Source: Minisyncoccota bacterium
Lineage (GTDB): Bacteria > Patescibacteriota > Minisyncoccia > Phycocordibacterales > UBA9973
Length of the DNA: 64,000 nt
Direction of reading: 5' to 3'
Assembly (NCBI GenBank): GCA_021734995.1
Contig: JAIPHX010000002.1
Span: 80,189 to 144,188, forward strand
Part shown: positions 58,715 through 64,000 of the stretch, in pieces
How positions within the stretch are numbered: the stretch's first letter is position 1
How the letters are laid out: the number at the start of each line of letters is the position of its first letter
The notes under the pieces: generated by a model
What the model was told of the DNA's origin: nothing
Databases searched by the model: none
The model's input: the letters and a program-made list of their open reading frames with translations, nothing else
Translations under genes and position numbers: made by a program

Positions 58715-60220
58715 TTAAACTCCATGTTTTTGGTGGAGTTGTTTTACTTCTAATTCTTCTAATTCTTCTTTTTTATCTTTCCCCTTCTTCCCCAATTTCT
58801 GTAATTCTTTATCTGAAAGATTGTTTAATTTTAACACAATTTCAGATAAGATTTCTATTGTATTTTTAGAAGGATCTTCTAATACTTCTTCCAAAAGAGC
58901 ATTTAAAATCCAGCCCATTCTTGGTCCAGCACTAATTCCTAAATTTTTCATCATAAAATTACCATCTATTTTTAGCTGGGAAACTGAAATCGGATCATGT
59001 AATGCTTCTTCTATCATTGCGAAATATTTACGCAAACGATAAGGGGCTTCTTTCTTTTTCATTCCTACCCTATCGCACTCTCTTACTTGCATTAGCCCCC
59101 AAATGTTTTCTTTAGATACTTTAGTAATAATTCTACGCACAGCGGAAAGAGTTATGGTTTCTGTATCTGAAAAAAACATATGATTGCGAATTAATTTTTC
59201 CACAAGTTCTATTTCTTTTTTAGAAAATTTTAATCTCTCTAAAATATTTTTAGTCATTCTTGCTCCCACAACCTCATGCCCATAAAAAGTATACTTCCCT
59301 TTTCCTCCTGCTTTGCTTTGGTCAAATCTTCTAGTGCGAGGTTTCCCAATATCATGAAAAAGCGAAGCTAGCCTTATTTCTAAAGGCCATTTTTTGATTG
59401 CAGAATGTTCCATAGCGTGCAATAAATGATTCCATATATCATAGATATGTTCTCCTAGTTGCTCGCACCCAATCCCCTCTTCTAGTTCAGGAATTATGTT
59501 TTTCAATATGCCAAACTTTTGCAACATTGTAATTCCCACTGCAGGAGAATCTGACATAATTATTTTTACAAATTCATCTCTGATTCTTTCGGCAGATATT
59601 TTTTTTATTAAATCTACATTTTTCAAAATACTTTCTGTTGTTTCGTGTGAAATAGAAAAATTTAATTGAACAGAAAAACGAACAGCTCGCAACATTCTCA
59701 GAGCATCTTCTTGAAATCTTTCCTCCGCTTCTCCTACTGTCCTTAATATCTTTTTTTCTATGTCTTTTAGTCCATCAAACATGTCCATTACTTGTCCTTT
59801 ACTATCCATAGCGAGAGCATTTATAGTAAAATCGCGTCTTTTAAGGTCGTCCGATAGATTTTGACTAAACCTAACATCATCAGGATGTCTAAAATCACTA
59901 TATTCTGCCTCTGTTCTATAAGGAGTTACTTCAATTATCATATATTCTGTTCCTTGTGAAACGGCATCTTTTGTGGTTTCATAAGGAACACACACAGCAA
60001 CAGTACCAAAAGTATTCTCATACACTGTCTTGTCAAAAAGTTTAACAATTTCCTCAGGGACAGCATTTGTAGTAATATCCCAATCCTTTGGCTCTAACCC
60101 CAAAACAAGATCTCTAACACACCCCCCTACTAAATAGGACTCGAATCCATTTTTTTCTAACGTGTGCGTTACATGTAAAACCTCTTTTGGTATTTTTTTA
60201 AGATCTATATTAAATTTCAT
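58715..60220 (-). CDS. cca: CCA tRNA nucleotidyltransferase with HD domain
   Basis: VGGCVRD, DWDITT, RRDFTINA, EDALRMLRA, HDIGKP; start moved to 60220 to avoid overlap with the tRNA. Confidence 0.93.
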   Translation of the reverse strand: MKFNIDLKKIPKEVLHVTHTLEKNGFESYLVGGCVRDLVLGLEPKDWDITTNAVPEEIVKLFDKTVYENTFGTVAVCVPYETTKDAVSQGTEYMIIEVTPYRTEAEYSDFRHPDDVRFSQNLSDDLKRRDFTINALAMDSKGQVMDMFDGLKDIEKKILRTVGEAEERFQEDALRMLRAVRFSVQLNFSISHETTESILKNVDLIKKISAERIRDEFVKIIMSDSPAVGITMLQKFGILKNIIPELEEGIGCEQLGEHIYDIWNHLLHAMEHSAIKKWPLEIRLASLFHDIGKPRTRRFDQSKAGGKGKYTFYGHEVVGARMTKNILERLKFSKKEIELVEKLIRNHMFFSDTETITLSAVRRIITKVSKENIWGLMQVRECDRVGMKKKEAPYRLRKYFAMIEEALHDPISVSQLKIDGNFMMKNLGISAGPRMGWILNALLEEVLEDPSKNTIEILSEIVLKLNNLSDKELQKLGKKGKDKKEELEELEVKQLHQKHGV

Positions 60221-60227
60221 TTTTTTG

Positions 60228-60299
60228 TGCACCCGGAGGGAATCGAACCCCCACCAACAGTTCCGAAGACTGTTGTGATATCCATTTCACCACGGGTGC
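60228..60299 (-). tRNA. tRNA-Arg(UCG)
   Basis: Cloverleaf; anticodon arm ACAGT-CTTCGGA-ACTGT; GGTTCGATTCC; CCA not encoded. Confidence 0.93.
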
Positions 60300-60647
60300 T
60301 TTTTAAATAAACTAATAACTATAGTATTATACACTTTTTATTGTTTTATAAAAGGAGCTTACTTAATAACAAATAAACACGAAAAACCATTTTCAATTTT
60401 ACTTGATGTTGAGAAATAACTACGTTTTATATGTTTTTAATTTAATGTCTAAAAAAATATAGAAAAACAAAATTTAATACTTAGAATAATTAAACACTTA
60501 AAATATTTTCATAAATCATTAAAAATCATTAAAAAAGTAGGTACAGGAGAATTGCAATATGGGTTTGATGATAGTATAATATTCAATGTTCTTTTAGAAA
60601 AAAAATTAAAATGGACTGAGCTTTGCAGAAAAAGCTTCAGTTAAAAA

Positions 60648-60718
60648 GCGGTCATGGTTTAGTGGTAGAACACGTCCTTGCCAAGGATGAGACGGGAGTC
60701 CGATTCTCCCTGACCGCA
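60648..60718 (+). tRNA. tRNA-Gly(GCC)
   Basis: Anticodon arm CGTCC-TTGCCAA-GGATG; acceptor GCGGTCA/TGACCGC. Confidence 0.9.
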
Positions 60719-60785
60719 CAACTTAGTGTCTATTTAATTATTCTTTATATGTCCTTTATATCTATCTTTTAAAATAAAGATATAC

Positions 60786-60823
60786 TGTGAATATGTGGAT
60801 AACTTTGTGGGTATTGTTTATAA
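60786..60823. promoter_or_regulatory. DnaA-box cluster (one perfect, others degenerate)
   Basis: TGTGGATAA at 60794-60802 with TGTGAATAT, TGTGGGTAT and TGTTTATAA nearby. Confidence 0.55.
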
Positions 60824-60919
60824 AGGACATATTTAAACTGTCTAATAAAAGACCAAAAAACCAAATATATGCTTATAATATAAGGTTATCTTAATAAAAG
60901 ACACTAAAAAATAATAAAG

Positions 60920-60935
60920 TGTTTCACGTGATAGA
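60920..60935. promoter_or_regulatory. parS-like site
   Basis: TGTTTCACGTGATAGA, 14/16 match to TGTTTCACGTGAAACA. Confidence 0.6.
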
Positions 60936-60982
60936 AGTTTCATAAAGAACCATTATTTAAAATTTATATCTTGCTTATATAA

Positions 60983-61399
60983 ATGCCTAAAATATTTACT
61001 TCTGAAGCTCAAAAAATAGGGGAATTGGGGGAGAAAATTGCTATTAAGTTTCTTATGAAACACGATTTTTTAATAAAAGAACGAAATTATACTAAAAAAT
61101 GTGGTGAAATTGACATAATTGCCTTTAAAAACAACAAACTCTATTTTGTAGAAGTTAAAAGCAGTTTAAAACATCAAAAAAAGTTATCCAGTGGAGGAAA
61201 TCCAGGTTATTCTTCTGAATATAATCCGGCAGACAATGTCCATTATAAAAAGAGAAGGCGATTATCTAAAACAATCCAAATGTATCTATTTGAAAATGAA
61301 ATCCAAAACACTAATTACCAGATAGATCTAATAATTGTAAATATTGATATAGAGAACCGAAAGGGCTCTATAAAAGTGGTAAAGGACATAATCTTGTGA
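60983..61399 (+). CDS. yraN: YraN family (UPF0102) nuclease
   Basis: GELGEKIA...ERNY...GEIDIIA...FVEVK. Confidence 0.9.
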   Translation: MPKIFTSEAQKIGELGEKIAIKFLMKHDFLIKERNYTKKCGEIDIIAFKNNKLYFVEVKSSLKHQKKLSSGGNPGYSSEYNPADNVHYKKRRRLSKTIQMYLFENEIQNTNYQIDLIIVNIDIENRKGSIKVVKDIIL

Positions 61400-61427
61400 T
61401 ATACTCAATTTGTTTTCAGTACATCTT

Positions 61428-61498
61428 CGGGCTGTAGTATACCGGTAGTACAAGCGCTTTGGGAGCGTTTAGACTGGGTTCGATTCCCAGCAGCCCGA
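61428..61498 (+). tRNA. tRNA-Pro(UGG)
   Basis: Anticodon arm AGCGC-TTTGGGA-GCGTT; GGTTCGATTCC. Confidence 0.93.
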
Positions 61499-61565
61499 CA
61501 ATAATAAAAAACCTTGTTTTAGAATATAAATTTGATATACTTACTTTCGTAAGAAAATAATAAAT

Positions 61566-61639
61566 GCGGGATTAGTTAAATGGTATAATAACAGTTTTCC
61601 AAACTGTGGTCAGGAGTTCGATTCTCCTATCCCGCACCA
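61566..61639 (+). tRNA. tRNA-Gly(UCC)
   Basis: Anticodon arm ACAGT-TTTCCAA-ACTGT; encoded CCA. Confidence 0.93.
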
Positions 61640-61663
61640 AAATTTTTAATAAACTAAAATAAC

Positions 61664-62419
61664 ATGGAATTAAACAATTTATACCCATTTTTAGCAGTAG
61701 GAATAGTAAGTCTTATATCTCTTGTGGGAGTTTTTACTATATCTTTAAAAGAAGAAACTATAAAAAAATACCTTTTCCTTTTTATTAGCCTAGCTACAGG
61801 GGCGTTGCTTGGAGACGCATTTATACATTTAATCCCAGAAAGTTTTGAGGAATCTAGCAACGCTTTGCTCACAAGCTTACTTATCATCTTAGGTATTATT
61901 ATATTTTTTATCTTAGAAAAAATATTACACTGGCATCACCACGGAGAAGACACCGAAGATGCTCATATTCATCCGGTAGGGAAGTTGACTCTTTTCTCAG
62001 ACGGAATACACAACTTAATAGATGGTATTATTATTGGAGCTAGTTTTTTGATAAGTATCCCTGTAGGTATTGCTACTACAATCGCTGTTATAATCCACGA
62101 AATACCCCAAGAAATAGGGGATTTTGCTGTATTGATACATGCTGGATACAAAAAAACAAAAGCTTTATGGTTGAATTTTATTTCAGCGCTAACTTCTTTC
62201 CTTGGAGTATTTATTGCTCTACTTATAGGGGAAAAGACTGAGTCTTTTGTCATTTGGTTTTTACCAATAGCCGCAGGGGGATTTATATATATAGCGACAG
62301 CTGATTTAATCCCAGAAATGCACAAAACAAAAGAGATTAGAAGATCTTTTGTTCAACTTGGAGTAATATTGTTTGGAGTTTTTTTAATGGCGTTAATGAC
62401 TGCTCTTGAAACACACTAA
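61664..62419 (+). CDS. ZIP family metal transporter
   Basis: HLIPE, HWHHH, HNLIDG, HEIPQEIGD. Confidence 0.94.
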   Translation: MELNNLYPFLAVGIVSLISLVGVFTISLKEETIKKYLFLFISLATGALLGDAFIHLIPESFEESSNALLTSLLIILGIIIFFILEKILHWHHHGEDTEDAHIHPVGKLTLFSDGIHNLIDGIIIGASFLISIPVGIATTIAVIIHEIPQEIGDFAVLIHAGYKKTKALWLNFISALTSFLGVFIALLIGEKTESFVIWFLPIAAGGFIYIATADLIPEMHKTKEIRRSFVQLGVILFGVFLMALMTALETH

Positions 62420-62434
62420 AATATTTCAAAATAT

Positions 62435-62461
62435 AAAAACCCTACTTTCATAGGGTTTTTA
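62435..62461. terminator. Bidirectional terminator
   Basis: AAAAACCCTA...TAGGGTTTTT between convergent genes. Confidence 0.7.
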
Positions 62462-62481
62462 TATTATTTATTTTATTATAT

Positions 62482-63546
62482 CTATCTAGCCCAAGAACCA
62501 TCGGCTCCTGGATTTCTAGCCCCATGAACTTCAAAGTGCAGATGAGGTCCAGTAGATCTTCCTGTACTTCCCACAAGGCCTATAACATCCCCTTGAGATA
62601 CCTTAGTACCACTTGTCGTACTTATCTTAGATAAGTGAGCATACAACGTCTGTGTCCCATTTGGATGCTTAATAATAACCAAATTACCGTAACCACCGTT
62701 ATATCCACCTCTAGCAAGCAACACTGTCCCAGAAGCTGAAGCTCTTACAGAAGTACCAGTAGGAGCAGCTAAGTCAACTGAATTTTTTCCATGAATACCT
62801 TGGCTTTTTCTAGCGCTTGGGACAGGATTAATAAAGTATCCTGATAATGTTTTTGTAGGATTTTTCTCATAGTATTTATTATCTTTTGCAATACTTTCTT
62901 TTACATTTACAATTGGCTTGCTATTTTCAACTTCTTTTGTTGCATTTGGAATAATAAGCTTATCTCCTATTGCTAACTTTACATCTTCATCTAGATTATT
63001 GGCCCAAAGAATATCATTTACTTCTATTTTATATTTAGTAGCCAATCCCTTCAAAGTCTCTCCTTTTTTAACTTCGTGCTCTAAGCCGGAAATAGGCAAA
63101 ATAAGAAGAACATCTCCTTCTTTTATGGTATCGCCTTTTTTCATATCGTTTGCCCAAAGGATAGTATTCTGAGTAACTTCAAACATTTCAGCAATCTGGG
63201 ACAATGTATCTCCTTTCCTTACTACATATACACTAGTGCTTTCTGAAAAATCTCCCCCTTTAGCTCCTTCAATAGAGGATACAGCAGATACAGTATTTGC
63301 TACTAAGGCGTTTTGATTTACACTTAAAGACAAATCTACCGTATTGTCAGTAGACTTGTCTTTATCTAAAACATTTATATATGATCCATTTGCCTCTAAA
63401 ATAGGCATATTTTGAGAACCAGTGGTATTATTTTGATTATTTTGCAGAGCTGATCCAATAAATACAAGGCTTTGAGCTGAAGCTTTGTTTCCTAAGATAG
63501 AAGGAAAGAACGCCTCAGCCACATTAGAATATCCAAAAGAAGACAC
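62482..63546 (-). CDS. LysM x2 + M23 peptidase (true start probably further upstream)
   Basis: YVVRKGDTLSQIA LysM, H...VD, YAHL, STGPHLHFEV. Confidence 0.93.
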   Translation of the reverse strand: MSSFGYSNVAEAFFPSILGNKASAQSLVFIGSALQNNQNNTTGSQNMPILEANGSYINVLDKDKSTDNTVDLSLSVNQNALVANTVSAVSSIEGAKGGDFSESTSVYVVRKGDTLSQIAEMFEVTQNTILWANDMKKGDTIKEGDVLLILPISGLEHEVKKGETLKGLATKYKIEVNDILWANNLDEDVKLAIGDKLIIPNATKEVENSKPIVNVKESIAKDNKYYEKNPTKTLSGYFINPVPSARKSQGIHGKNSVDLAAPTGTSVRASASGTVLLARGGYNGGYGNLVIIKHPNGTQTLYAHLSKISTTSGTKVSQGDVIGLVGSTGRSTGPHLHFEVHGARNPGADGSWAR

Positions 63547-63875
63547 TAAGAGAAGCCCAAAAAAGACTCCGGGAAGTAGGGGGGAAGATCTAAGGTGGGA
63601 TATGTATAGTCTTTTTTTAATGAGTCTAACAAGTATTGTAGATATCTCGGCAAGCGACCTGTCTGGATTTGCACCCAGAAATCCGATATTATCGGCATAA
63701 ATAGCTCTATTTTAAGCTTTTTGGTACATTTAAAGGCTATTTTAGCTCTTTTTTCCCAAAAAACTGAGAGATTTCTACAAAATTACAATCTTTCCAGCGT
63801 TTCTATCGTGGTCTTTCCTGCTTCTGATACCGTGTACTATTAAGGGTAGCCCAATACAAAAGGGAAGTCAAATGG

Positions 63876-63884
63876 TTATCCACA
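63876..63884. promoter_or_regulatory. DnaA box
   Basis: TTATCCACA. Confidence 0.5.
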
Positions 63885-64000
63885 CCCAAAACAAAATCAT
63901 TTTCATTTATTTTTAAAAAAACTAAGTTATTTATAAAAATTAAATTTAATATTCCTTAAAAAGCTTTTTATTTTTACTATGTAATAAAATTTATTATATT

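Noticed and set aside
1511-63700. Numerous antisense or nested ORFs in the six-frame track (e.g. 26041, 37153, 42770, 46442, 54986)
   Set aside because: Shadow frames of well-supported genes with F/S/I/L-rich composition and no motifs
1-64000. Recoded UGA (genetic code 25)
   Set aside because: Core genes translate full length in code 11, and TGA ends recO and yraN; the tRNA-Gly anticodons are GCC and UCC

Overview
AT-rich chromosomal window from a Patescibacteria/CPR bacterium (Parcubacteria-like, inferred from gene content and order; genetic code 11). It is mostly housekeeping: efp end, rpsF-ssb-rpsR, tatD, metG, glyQS, recO, ileS, argS, dut, tmk, glyA, split comEC, sod, rnhA, recJ, pgk, tpiA, nusA, ppa, tig, clpP, rny, HU, lexA, comM/yifB, pnp, rpsO, antiporters, Xer recombinase, xth, CCA-adding enzyme, four tRNAs, yraN, a ZIP transporter and an M23 peptidase. 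Accessory content is two type II TA-like pairs and a cluster of secreted/surface proteins. The strongest candidate for an undescribed system is a tandem pair of ~0.7 kb cassettes (19093-20546). Each encodes a BECR/PBECR-like putative RNase with a structured 5' leader, overlapped at its 3' end by a convergent antisense small-RNA gene. That RNA gene has a conserved TTGACC-N18-TATACT promoter, a covarying closing stem, internal hairpins and a U-tract. The cassettes are delimited by copies of the 3' end of a NUDIX gene. Other notable signals: a divergent RelA/SpoT-like synthetase next to cca/tRNA-Arg, a histidine-phosphatase domain inserted in IleRS, a parS-like and DnaA-box cluster near 59.6-61.1 kb, pervasive leaderless promoter architecture, a LexA box ahead of a small ORF-lexA pair, and structured leaders before rny, pnp and nusA. 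All calls were made by eye from the sequence; no database searches were run.
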